From: Candidatus Omnitrophota bacterium
GTDB taxonomy: Bacteria > Omnitrophota > Gorgyraeia > Zapsychrales > Zapsychraceae
Direction: 5' to 3'
Assembly: GCA_029261055.1 (NCBI GenBank)
Contig: JAJDCA010000003.1
Coordinates: forward strand, 3,641 to 67,640
Length of the DNA: 64,000 bases
Part shown: piece by piece, positions 8,169-17,598 of the stretch
Numbering within the stretch: the stretch's first letter is position 1
Layout of the letters: each line of letters begins with the position of its first letter
Translations under genes and position numbers: made by a program
Notes under the pieces: model-generated
Databases searched by the model: none
Seen by the model: the letters and a program-made list of their open reading frames with translations, nothing else
Told to the model about the DNA's origin: nothing

Positions 8169-10484
8169 TTATTTTTTATTTATTGAGTGGAGTGCTTTTA
8201 ATACTTTATCCGGTGTAAAGGGGAGTTCTTTTAATCGAATCCCAACAGCGTCTTCAATAGCATTCGCAATGGCCGCTGAAGTTGGTAAAAGTGAAGCCTC
8301 CCCCATGCCCTTGGCTCCAAATGGTCCATGAGGATCATTGGTCTCAATCAAAATACTTTCCATGGGAGGTATTCCGATAGATCGAGGTAATCGGTAATGG
8401 GCAAAATTGGCATTCGCCACATGGCCTTGTTTAAATTGCAAATTTTCCATAAAGGTGTAGCCGATACCCATAGCCAGAGAACCTTCGATTTGTCCTTCCA
8501 CGGATTGGGGATTAATGGCTTTACCAATATCATGAGCATCATATAATTTAAGAATTTTGACTTCACCGGTTTCTTTATTAACTTCTACTTCAGCAATTTG
8601 TGCTTCAAATCCATAACTGCCTGAAACATTCCCCTCCCCTGTTCTGAAATCAATCGGTGTTGTGTTGGGATTATAACTTCCCCGCCCCATGATTTGTTTT
8701 CCATAATTGAAGGAAAAGCATAATTCAACAGCTTTTTCAAAATTCATTAATGTTGTATTATTTTTTGTATTAATTACTTCTTCAGCTTTGATATCCAGGT
8801 CGTCTCGGTTGAGGTTGTGTTCTTTGGCGACAATTTCAAGAATTTGATTTTTGGCATCTCGAGCGGCAAGGATTGTGGCATTGCCTGAAATAAAGGTTAC
8901 GCGGCTCGCAAAGCTTCCGGTATCAAAAGGGGTTGTTTCCGTATCTCCCGATGTGCATTTTATACGATCGTAACTTACACCTAATTCTTGAGCGGCAATT
9001 TGGGAAAGGGCTGTGTTGGAACCCTGCCCTGTGTCTGCGGCTCCGGTAAAGAAATATACGGAGCAATCTTCTTCGACTTTAACAATAGAGCCTGCAGATT
9101 CATGCGATTTATACATCTTAGACCCCATGACATCCGCCGCAATGCCGATACCGATTCCACGACAGAGACTTTTTTGTTGGCCTCTCTTTTTATTCCATTC
9201 AGCTGCAGCCGTAGCTTTTTCAATACATTCACGTAAACCGTTTGAAGAAATTTTCATTTGATTAATAGTTGTCATGTTCGGGGTGGTGATATTTTTGAGG
9301 CGAAATTCTACGGGGTCCATATTAATACCTTTGGCCAGAAGATCCATGTGTGATTCAATCGCAAAACCTGCCTGCACCCCACCGAAGCCGCGCATAGCAC
9401 CGCTTATAGGCGTATTTGTGTATACCCTATACCCTGTGATACGGAAATGTTTGATTTGATAAACCATAAAAATTCGCATAATCGCAGCGGCTAAAACGGT
9501 TGGGCCATAACTGCAGTAGGCGCCCCCGTCAGCAATAACTTCACCAGTTATGGCTACAAGCGTACCGTCTTTTTTAACGCCGGACTTAATTTTGTATATA
9601 ATGCCATGCTTTCGTCGGGAGGCAATAAATTCTTCTTCGCGGCTGTACGTGATTTTGACCGGTAATCCTCCGGATTTTTTGGACAATAGACAGGCAGAAA
9701 AATCCATTGGTAACATTTCTAATTTGCTGCCAAATCCACCGCCGACAGACATTTTAATAACACGAATGTTATTGAGGTCCATTTTAAATGTTTTTGCCAG
9801 TGCTTCTCTGCATTTAAAAGGCGCTTGGCTGGAGGCCCATAAAGTGACCTTATTGGAAAATAATTCCCACTGTCCAACACACACATGCGGCTCCATGCAA
9901 GCATGATGAGCGGCTGGGGTGTAAAATGTATCTTCGCGGACGTAATCAGCTTCTTTTAAAGTTCGGTCAGGGTTTCCAAAATTAACCGGAAGAATAACGG
10001 CAATGTTGTTAAGGGATTCATGAATCTGTGGGGCATTTGGTTTCATGGCCTCTTGAACATCAAAAACAGCCGGTAAAATTTTATATTTAATATCAATTAA
10101 TTTAAGAGCCTCAAGGGCTGTTTCTTCATCAACGGCCGCTACGGCTCCAATTTCATCTCCAATGTAACGAACCTTTTCTGACTCCAAGGCCATTTGATCT
10201 ATGGTATGAGGAAAAAAGTGTTCGTTAGATCCAAATTTAATTTTGTCGGTGTCTTTGGCCGTAATAACCGCACGAACACCCGGTAAGGCCTCGGCTTTGG
10301 ATGTATCAATGCTTAGGATTTTGGCATGAGGATGCGGTGAGCGGATCATTTTGCCAACCAGCATATTGGCAAATCCAATATCGTAAACGTATTTTGCTTG
10401 GCCGGTAACCATTCCCTTTCCATCAATTCTAGGAACGCTTTTTCCAACAGGATCAGTATATTTTTTATCAATAGACTTCGGCAT
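8169..10484 (-). CDS. xanthine dehydrogenase/aldehyde oxidoreductase family molybdopterin-binding large subunit
   Basis: VGKSVPRIDG, GGGFGSK, AMRGFG, GSFASR, GAKGMGE (catalytic Glu). Confidence 0.92.
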   Translation of the reverse strand: MPKSIDKKYTDPVGKSVPRIDGKGMVTGQAKYVYDIGFANMLVGKMIRSPHPHAKILSIDTSKAEALPGVRAVITAKDTDKIKFGSNEHFFPHTIDQMALESEKVRYIGDEIGAVAAVDEETALEALKLIDIKYKILPAVFDVQEAMKPNAPQIHESLNNIAVILPVNFGNPDRTLKEADYVREDTFYTPAAHHACMEPHVCVGQWELFSNKVTLWASSQAPFKCREALAKTFKMDLNNIRVIKMSVGGGFGSKLEMLPMDFSACLLSKKSGGLPVKITYSREEEFIASRRKHGIIYKIKSGVKKDGTLVAITGEVIADGGAYCSYGPTVLAAAIMRIFMVYQIKHFRITGYRVYTNTPISGAMRGFGGVQAGFAIESHMDLLAKGINMDPVEFRLKNITTPNMTTINQMKISSNGLRECIEKATAAAEWNKKRGQQKSLCRGIGIGIAADVMGSKMYKSHESAGSIVKVEEDCSVYFFTGAADTGQGSNTALSQIAAQELGVSYDRIKCTSGDTETTPFDTGSFASRVTFISGNATILAARDAKNQILEIVAKEHNLNRDDLDIKAEEVINTKNNTTLMNFEKAVELCFSFNYGKQIMGRGSYNPNTTPIDFRTGEGNVSGSYGFEAQIAEVEVNKETGEVKILKLYDAHDIGKAINPQSVEGQIEGSLAMGIGYTFMENLQFKQGHVANANFAHYRLPRSIGIPPMESILIETNDPHGPFGAKGMGEASLLPTSAAIANAIEDAVGIRLKELPFTPDKVLKALHSINKK

Positions 10485-10963
10485 TAGTTAATTTTTTTGT
10501 TTTTTTCCTTCATTATTTTTCCTGCTTCTTGAATAGCTTCAAAAATTTTTGGATAACCAGCACATCGACAGAGATTGCCGTCTAAGGCATATTCAATTTC
10601 TTTTTGAGTCGGTTCAGGGTTTTGATCCAATAAAGCTTTAGAAGACATGATCATGCCTGGCATACAGAACCCACATTGAACAGCTCCTTGATCTAAATAA
10701 GCTTGTTGAATCGGATGAAGCTGATTTCCGTCAGCCAAACCTTCAATTGTCGTCACTTCTCCCCCATCTAATGAAGCCGCCAGTGTAATACATGCAAGGA
10801 TGGCTTTACCTTTAACCGTAACGGTACAGGCCCCGCACTCTGCTTCTTCGCACGCGGTTTTTGTCCCGGTCAGGCCTAAGTGATCTCTCAAGACTTCCAA
10901 GAGAGTTTCATGGCCTTTGAGGTCCAATTGATATTTTTGTGTATTGATGGTTAATGTAATCAT
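10484..10963 (-). CDS. (2Fe-2S) small subunit of the Mo hydroxylase (CoxS/XdhS-like)
   Basis: C..AECGACTV, QCGFCMPG, GNLCRC. Confidence 0.93.
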   Translation of the reverse strand: MITLTINTQKYQLDLKGHETLLEVLRDHLGLTGTKTACEEAECGACTVTVKGKAILACITLAASLDGGEVTTIEGLADGNQLHPIQQAYLDQGAVQCGFCMPGMIMSSKALLDQNPEPTQKEIEYALDGNLCRCAGYPKIFEAIQEAGKIMKEKNKKIN

Positions 10964-11808
10964 TTTTTTTCTATAATTTTTTCAATGGCTTTTCGGATAC
11001 TTACCCGAAACATATGCTGTTTATATTCATCGCTGCGCGTATCATAAATGTCATCGGTGATATGGTCAAGAGCCGATTGGGGTGTTTCCTTTGAAGCCGT
11101 AGTGTTATTTAAGAAGTTTTCTAAAATATGATCGCGTTGAGCAAAGCCTATGCCATTATTTACCGCAACAATAGTATTATTAAATTGCCCACTATTAAAT
11201 TGTGTTTTTAAACATACGGTCAATAAAGGAATATCTACATGAATAGTTTTTTTAACGCGTTGATAAGATAAAGAAATGTTTTTGTCATGGGGGATAGAGA
11301 TTTGAAAAAGAATTTTACGTGTTTTTGCCCCTTTTTGAAAAAAATCTTCGGCGGGTATAATTTCTTCTTTGCCATCTTCTCCCATAAAATGAAGTTTAGC
11401 CTCTAGAGCCGTCATAATAGCCGGCATTTCGGTCCATGTATAACGACACGTTAAATTTCCTCCGATGGTGGCCATATTACGAATAGGTGTTGTCGAAATA
11501 TCTTGGGCCGCTATTTTGAGAATGGCTAGATTATCTGTTAGGTCTGGTGAATTTAAAAGTTCTGCGATCGTGGTCATGGATTTGATGACACATTGATTCT
11601 TATCTATATGGATTCCTTTTAAATTATCAATTTTGTTAAGGTTGATGATATGGCGAGGTGTTTTGTTACCTTTGCGTTTTAAAAGTTTGAGCGTATTAAA
11701 TAAAAATGTCCCTCCAGCCTGCAGCTTAACATGGTCAAGCTCTGCATAAAATTTGGCAGCCTCTGTGAGGGTTTTTGGTGAATGGAGTGTAAATGGATTT
11801 AAAAGCAT
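10960..11808 (-). CDS. FAD-binding medium subunit of the Mo hydroxylase (CoxM-like)
   Basis: AGGT and IRNMATIGGNL motifs. Confidence 0.85.
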   Translation of the reverse strand: MLLNPFTLHSPKTLTEAAKFYAELDHVKLQAGGTFLFNTLKLLKRKGNKTPRHIINLNKIDNLKGIHIDKNQCVIKSMTTIAELLNSPDLTDNLAILKIAAQDISTTPIRNMATIGGNLTCRYTWTEMPAIMTALEAKLHFMGEDGKEEIIPAEDFFQKGAKTRKILFQISIPHDKNISLSYQRVKKTIHVDIPLLTVCLKTQFNSGQFNNTIVAVNNGIGFAQRDHILENFLNNTTASKETPQSALDHITDDIYDTRSDEYKQHMFRVSIRKAIEKIIEKK

Positions 11809-11809
11809 T

Positions 11810-12490
11810 TTATAATAAGTTAATCACTTCTTTTGGTAATCGTTTTAATTCTTGATTGCCTAAAACTTTAATTGACCAGCGTAGAAGTTTTAATTTTTGT
11901 TTTAATTTTGGTCCTGGCTCGGTGATATTAGCCAGGCGTTTTCGCATTAAAAAAAGGATTTTACGTAAGGTATTAAAAATAATTCTGGCTTCTCGGGGAC
12001 GATTATGGCCATTATCTATGATAGCTTCAAGGTGCGCAAAGGCAATTTCATTAATGGTCTCATTGTAATGGTCGAGTTTTTGGATGAGGGCTGGAACCAT
12101 AGCTTTGAAATAATGGTACCGATCCATATGACATAAAGTATGCATAATTTCGATTTGTACAAATGGTGAATTTGCTCTGTTAAGTCGGCGGAGCAAAATT
12201 TTGATCACTTTCTTTTTTTCTTTTGAGAAAACTTCTTGACCGAACTTATCGTTAAAGACACGCACGGCGGCAGCTCCTTTGTAAGAACTGAGTGTGGTAT
12301 CTTTAATGATGGCTAAAAGGATTTCTTTGGGAAGGTCAGTGTACTTAGCTATGTAACCTTGTAGAAGCATCTTGTCATCGAAAATTGTGTAGGATTGTGG
12401 GTCTTGTGAAAATGCTATACGGGGAGATATAAGGCATAAAAAGATTGTTAATAATAAGGTTAGTTTTATAAAGCCAGGATATTTTTTCAT
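11810..12490 (-). CDS. exported alpha-helical hypothetical protein
   Basis: Signal peptide (AFS|Q), helical repeats; overlaps the nadC stop. Confidence 0.6.
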   Translation of the reverse strand: MKKYPGFIKLTLLLTIFLCLISPRIAFSQDPQSYTIFDDKMLLQGYIAKYTDLPKEILLAIIKDTTLSSYKGAAAVRVFNDKFGQEVFSKEKKKVIKILLRRLNRANSPFVQIEIMHTLCHMDRYHYFKAMVPALIQKLDHYNETINEIAFAHLEAIIDNGHNRPREARIIFNTLRKILFLMRKRLANITEPGPKLKQKLKLLRWSIKVLGNQELKRLPKEVINLL

Positions 12491-13335
12491 TGTATAACCA
12501 TGGACACATCCACCGCTTGATGGGAATGTGTTAAGGCTCCGATTGAAATGCGATCAACCCCGGTTTTGGCGGCAGCGCGAACATTTTTAAGCGTAATCCC
12601 ACCTGAGGCTTCCAATAAAGGACGTTGCCCTTTGGGTAATTTTTTTGTGAGAACAACGGCTTGTTTCATTTGATGGCTAGACATATTATCCAGCAGAATA
12701 ATATCTGGATTTGCGTTTAAAGCATCTTTAAATTGTATGAGGTCGTCCACTTCTATTTCAATATATTTTTTTGTTTTTTGTCGAAGGGTATCAATAGCTT
12801 CTTGAATAGATAATTGAGGATAACACACTTGTAGATGGTTATCTTTGATAAGAACCATTTCACTCAGGTTCGTTCTGTGGCTCTTTCCTCCTCCGCATCG
12901 AACGGCATATTTTTCCAGTTCCCGTAGGCCAGGAGTTGTTTTGCGTGTATCCATAATTTTTGTTTTGAGTGGGTGTATTTTTTTAACAAAGGTATGTGTC
13001 TGTGTTGCAACACCGGAAAGGTAACTCAGAAAGTTCAAAGCCGTCCGTTCGGTTGTGAGTAGCGCGCGTGTATTTCCTTTAATTGAAGCAATTTGAGTGT
13101 TTTTTTGTACATAATCGCCATCTTTGGCTAATGCTTGAAATTGGATGTTTTTGTCCAGTTTTTGAAAAATTTTGCGGACAATGTCAGTACCGCAAATCAT
13201 AGCGGCCTGTTGAACAAGGATATAGGCTTCGGAAGTATGATTTTTAGGGACCAAACCGTTCGTTGTAATATCCTGGTCTGTTGCATCTTCTTCCAGTGCT
13301 TGAGAAATAATAAGATCACAATTTTTTAGATTCAT
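12487..13335 (-). CDS. nadC: quinolinate phosphoribosyltransferase (nicotinate-nucleotide diphosphorylase)
   Basis: ERTALN, DTRKTTPGLR..EKYAV..GGG..HR, IKDNH, LLDNM, EASGG. Confidence 0.95.
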   Translation of the reverse strand: MNLKNCDLIISQALEEDATDQDITTNGLVPKNHTSEAYILVQQAAMICGTDIVRKIFQKLDKNIQFQALAKDGDYVQKNTQIASIKGNTRALLTTERTALNFLSYLSGVATQTHTFVKKIHPLKTKIMDTRKTTPGLRELEKYAVRCGGGKSHRTNLSEMVLIKDNHLQVCYPQLSIQEAIDTLRQKTKKYIEIEVDDLIQFKDALNANPDIILLDNMSSHQMKQAVVLTKKLPKGQRPLLEASGGITLKNVRAAAKTGVDRISIGALTHSHQAVDVSMVIQ

Positions 13336-13403
13336 AGGAAGGAGATTATATTATCGCTCGAGGGTTGTTGCAAGGGAATTTTCGTGGATATACGGTTTTA
13401 TTT

Positions 13404-14612
13404 TTATTTGGAAATTATCTGTTTATTTTCAACAGGTGGTTGATTTTTTGGAATTTGAAATCGAAATATAGATCCTCCTTTAGGATTAGGTTCGGCCCAT
13501 ATTGTTCCATGATGATCAAAGATGATATTTTTTGCTATGGAGAGGCCTAATCCTGTGCCACCAGCACCTGTTTTAGATTTGCTACTTTGGACAAAGGCAT
13601 CAAAAATAATTTCATATTCAGTTTCAGGTATTCCTATCCCCTCATCAATTATAGAAACGATAAAATATTGATTATCTTGCGCGATTTCAACAAAGATTTT
13701 CTTTTTATTTTGTGAGAATTTAATAGCATTTGATAATAAGTTTTGCATAACTTGTATAATTTTATCTATGTCAATTGCGGCTGTGTCATTGAAATTTGGT
13801 TCTGTGAATTGAATAATTATTTCTTTTTCTTTGCATAATGATTTTGATTCAGTAATAATTTTCTTTATAGCAAGTGAAAGTTGAGTTTCTTGGAATTTAT
13901 ACACTATTTTTCCTGTCTCTAGTTTTGATAAATCTAATAATTCGTTAAGCAAGTCCAGTAAGTTTTCACCGCAGAGCTTAATTTCAGAAAAATATTTTTT
14001 TAATTTCTTTTTATCTATCCATTCGATACGATCCAAACCAAACTTAGCGAAACTTAAAATGCCGTGCAATGGAGTTCGTAGTTCATGGCTTATATTAGCC
14101 AGGAATTCTGATTTGGCTTGGTTGGCTTTTTCAGCGCGGATTTTTTCTTGCATAACTTGATGTGTGCGCTTTAAAACTTCTTTTTCGAATTGACTTTTGT
14201 ACTCTAGAAGTTCTTTTTTTCGTTCGTTTTCGATTTGTTGAGTTTTTTTATTTAATTCAACATATCGAATTGCTTTTTTAATAGTGTATTCAAGGATAAT
14301 GGGATCAAAGGGTTTAATCACAAAATCCAAAGCGCCTTTTTTTAATGCTTCTATGGCTAATTGTACGGTGCCTTCTGCTGTGATCATAATACATTTAAAA
14401 TCAAGGTTTATTTTATTTATGGCCTCAAGGGTCATTAATCCATCCATCTCTGGCATTCGTTGGTCAAGCAAAATAAGATCTGGAGATAAGTCTTTGAGGA
14501 TTTGAAGCGCTTCCATTCCGCTTTCAGCTTCAGAAACTTCATATTCATCAAGAGTGTATTTTATGAGGTGGCGATTATTTTTATCATCATCGACAATGAG
14601 TATTTTTTTCAT
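13404..14612 (-). CDS. cytoplasmic hybrid sensor kinase (REC-HisKA-HATPase)
   Basis: N-terminal REC; FLANISHELRTPL; NLLSNAIKF; GTGLGL. Confidence 0.92.
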   Translation of the reverse strand: MKKILIVDDDKNNRHLIKYTLDEYEVSEAESGMEALQILKDLSPDLILLDQRMPEMDGLMTLEAINKINLDFKCIMITAEGTVQLAIEALKKGALDFVIKPFDPIILEYTIKKAIRYVELNKKTQQIENERKKELLEYKSQFEKEVLKRTHQVMQEKIRAEKANQAKSEFLANISHELRTPLHGILSFAKFGLDRIEWIDKKKLKKYFSEIKLCGENLLDLLNELLDLSKLETGKIVYKFQETQLSLAIKKIITESKSLCKEKEIIIQFTEPNFNDTAAIDIDKIIQVMQNLLSNAIKFSQNKKKIFVEIAQDNQYFIVSIIDEGIGIPETEYEIIFDAFVQSSKSKTGAGGTGLGLSIAKNIIFDHHGTIWAEPNPKGGSIFRFQIPKNQPPVENKQIISK

Positions 14613-14663
14613 AAAGATATTTATACGCGATGTTAGAAAATAAGAAATAGGGTGGGGTTGTTT

Positions 14664-15062
14664 TTAGCTATCTTTTTTCTTCTTTGAAGAGATTATTTTT
14701 AGAAGTTTTTCAATGTTTTTTTGTAAGGGTAATAGATTTTTTTCTTTGCGGGCTATAACCGCATTAGCGCCGTTTGTTTTGAATTGTGCAATTGTGTTTT
14801 CATCTGTAAAGAGTCCAATTTGAACTATGACTTTGGTGGAAGGTCTTAAGGAGGTAATTTTTTGACAGATTATTTGACTATCAGTATCAGGAAGCATAGC
14901 GCTGAGAATAACCAAGTCAGGTTTTTCTTGTTGAATCTTTTTTATGGATTCTATACCTGATCGAATTAAAGTAATTTTTTTAAATGTTAAGCCTTTAAGA
15001 AATGCAATCAATTTGTCGGCATAAACCGGATGAGCATCAATGATTAAAATTTTATCTTGCAT
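14664..15062 (-). CDS. atypical (pseudo-)receiver domain protein
   Basis: REC fold, but DLVILS replaces the phospho-acceptor Asp with Ser and IIDAH lacks the acidic pair. Confidence 0.75.
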   Translation of the reverse strand: MQDKILIIDAHPVYADKLIAFLKGLTFKKITLIRSGIESIKKIQQEKPDLVILSAMLPDTDSQIICQKITSLRPSTKVIVQIGLFTDENTIAQFKTNGANAVIARKEKNLLPLQKNIEKLLKIISSKKKKDS

Positions 15063-15807
15063 TAGTCCTCCTCTTTTTTTTATTTTTGAGGGTTTTTTCC
15101 TTGGCGATATGGTTTCTGTATTCCATCGGGGTCTTTTTTTCTATACGTTTAAAAATACGCATAAAAGATTCGGCATTTTGATAGCCGAGTTGTAGGGATA
15201 TTTCATTAATATTGTATGAAGAATTTTTCAATAATGATTTAGCAATATCCATTTTAATCTTCAGTTTATATTCACGGAAGGTTGACCCATGTTTATCGTT
15301 AAACATACGACTTATATACTTGGGGCTAAGGCATAATTCATTAGCAATGTCTTTCAAAGAGACTTGGGATTGATTTCTTTCAATAAATCGTTTAATACGT
15401 GTTATTTTATTATCTGAATTCACGGGTTCGTTACGAAGATATTGATTATTTTTTAAAATTGTGTGAATTTTATGTTTAAGCTCTTCAAGCTCGAAAGGTT
15501 TCTCTAGAAAATCACTAGCTTGATATCTAAGAGCTTGAACAGCAATGTCCATCGAGCCATAAGCTGTAAGCATGATCACGGCAATATTTTTATTTATTTT
15601 TTTAACTTCATGTAATGCGTTAACACCATTCATTCCCGGCATCATAACATCCATTAGAATTAAATTTATTTCATGCGGCTTTCGGAGATAATTTAAGGCA
15701 TCTTGAGCGTTAGAAAAATCAATAATTTCATATTCTGCAAGGCCGACTTTAATGCTTCGAATGACACGAGAGTCATCATCAACAACCATAATTTTTTCTG
15801 AGAGCAT
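15052..15807 (-). CDS. response regulator, REC + AraC HTH (YesN-like)
   Basis: VVDDD, LMDVMMP, KPF; C-terminal LSPKYISRMF...LGYQNAESFMRIFKR...TP.EYR. Start ATG 15807 with SD AAGGAG. Confidence 0.9.
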   Translation of the reverse strand: MLSEKIMVVDDDSRVIRSIKVGLAEYEIIDFSNAQDALNYLRKPHEINLILMDVMMPGMNGVNALHEVKKINKNIAVIMLTAYGSMDIAVQALRYQASDFLEKPFELEELKHKIHTILKNNQYLRNEPVNSDNKITRIKRFIERNQSQVSLKDIANELCLSPKYISRMFNDKHGSTFREYKLKIKMDIAKSLLKNSSYNINEISLQLGYQNAESFMRIFKRIEKKTPMEYRNHIAKEKTLKNKKKRRTNAR

Positions 15808-17587
15808 AAGAAGTCTCCTTTTCAGTAGTTGGAAGTTTTGTGATAAAAGAAATTGTGTTTTTGTTTTGGCAATCCATTCTAATTGTTCCACCGTGTTGTT
15901 TGATGATTTCTTTACATATTGAAAGGCCGAGGCCTAAACCATTTTGTTTTGTAGTGAAAAAAGGTTCAAAGCATTTTTGCAAGGATTCTGGATTAATTTT
16001 CTGAACTGCATTGGTAATTTTGATTTGGATACAGTCAGTTTTTTGTGATTTTGATTTTTGAGTGGTTTTTGCAGATAAATAAATAGACTTACCTTCATCT
16101 GCTGCTTCGATGGCATTAGTTATCAGGTTAATGAGGACTTGTTTTAATTTGCTCATATTACCGTGAATCTCTGGAAGATTATCTTTTATATTTATGTCAA
16201 AATGTAATTTTTTTTGTTTAAACCGTATTTTTGTTAATGAAATAATGTCATTAATTAAAGTATTGACGTTGAGTTTTTCCATAGGAAATTGTTGAGCTTT
16301 TGTATAATCACTTATATTTTGTAACATGGTTTTCCAGGAGTTTAGTTCTTTGGGGATTACTTGGGAAAAATCAGCAATAAATGCTTTTTCTTTATGTCGT
16401 TGCGGAAGCAAATGAATGTAAGTTTTAACAAGTACGAGTGAATTCTTCAGTTCGTGAGCAATAGCTGTGGTTGCTTTTCCAACAATGGATAACCTTTCCA
16501 TTTGTCGAGCTTTACGTAATTCGTCAGCCATTTTATTAAACGTGTTGAGAAATTTTCCAATTTCATCTTTACGTTGAATCGGGAATGTTTGGTTAAATTG
16601 TCCACGGGCTAATCGTTGGGTGCGTTCAATCACTTGATTCATGGGGCGGCTTATAAGGCGTGCTAACATAAGACTCAATATAATAGCAGCGAGGATACTT
16701 AAAAGAATAATGATCCATGATTGAGCCTGCATGATTTTGGAAAAGGCATAAGCTTCTTTAAGTGGTTGAAATATAACTAAACCCCAATTTATTTTTGGAA
16801 TTGGGGCGTAAGCAACCAACCAACGTTTTTTATGGTTATCTTTCATTTCACGACTTCCGGATAATCCACGAGAAAGTTCATCTGTGATGGCTGGATAAGG
16901 AGGTTTTGTATTTGTAAGGATTAGTTTTTTATCAGGATGGGCAATGAGTTGTCCCTTGTGGCCAATTAAATATACGCCGCAAGATTTACCGCAGTTAATA
17001 TTGTCAACAACATCCCACACTCTACGTAAGTTAACATCGGCGATAAGAACTCCCTTAATTTTTCCAAGATTTTTTATTGGTACGCCCAAAGTCATTAGTG
17101 GCGTACGATTTTTTGAAATCCGAACATCGGAAACGTAAATTTTTCCTTGGATTGTGTCTAAAAATTCAGGGTCCTCACTGCGATCTGTCAGAGGTGTACC
17201 TAGCTCGGAGGAGCAGATTTCGTGTCCATTTTGATCAACGGAGGCAATGCGGCCAAAGATAGGATATTTTAACGCAAGTTCTACAATGGTTGTTTCTTGT
17301 CGCCAAGGATCTGCGTGTAATGTTCCAAGAATAGCGGCTATTGTTTCCAATGCTTTACGAGGCGATTCAATAAATTCTTTTAATTCTCCTGTGGCGTGAA
17401 TGGCTATTTCTTTATGATCATTTAATATAGATGTTTTTAATGCTTTTTGACTTGTTTGAATAAGGATAAAACCTAAGGTAATTAAGGGGATAATTACAAG
17501 AAGTAGCAACAGAACAAAAATTTGTTGCCAAATACGTTTGGGGGTAATTTTTTGATGAAAAGATTGAATAAAATATGAAAATGACAT
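15779..17587 (-). CDS. membrane sensor histidine kinase (dCache-HAMP-HisKA-HATPase)
   Basis: Two TM helices flank a Cache domain (GQLIAHPD); HAMP (DEIG..FNKMA); AHELKN; GLGLGL. Confidence 0.92.
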   Translation of the reverse strand: MSFSYFIQSFHQKITPKRIWQQIFVLLLLLVIIPLITLGFILIQTSQKALKTSILNDHKEIAIHATGELKEFIESPRKALETIAAILGTLHADPWRQETTIVELALKYPIFGRIASVDQNGHEICSSELGTPLTDRSEDPEFLDTIQGKIYVSDVRISKNRTPLMTLGVPIKNLGKIKGVLIADVNLRRVWDVVDNINCGKSCGVYLIGHKGQLIAHPDKKLILTNTKPPYPAITDELSRGLSGSREMKDNHKKRWLVAYAPIPKINWGLVIFQPLKEAYAFSKIMQAQSWIIILLSILAAIILSLMLARLISRPMNQVIERTQRLARGQFNQTFPIQRKDEIGKFLNTFNKMADELRKARQMERLSIVGKATTAIAHELKNSLVLVKTYIHLLPQRHKEKAFIADFSQVIPKELNSWKTMLQNISDYTKAQQFPMEKLNVNTLINDIISLTKIRFKQKKLHFDINIKDNLPEIHGNMSKLKQVLINLITNAIEAADEGKSIYLSAKTTQKSKSQKTDCIQIKITNAVQKINPESLQKCFEPFFTTKQNGLGLGLSICKEIIKQHGGTIRMDCQNKNTISFITKLPTTEKETSYALRKNYGC

Positions 17588-17598
17588 GTAACATTATA

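Noticed and set aside
8169-11808. Aerobic CO dehydrogenase or 4-hydroxybenzoyl-CoA reductase
   Set aside because: The active-site loop is AMRGFG rather than AYRCSFR, and the FAD subunit lacks the Cys-rich 4Fe-4S insert of HcrB.
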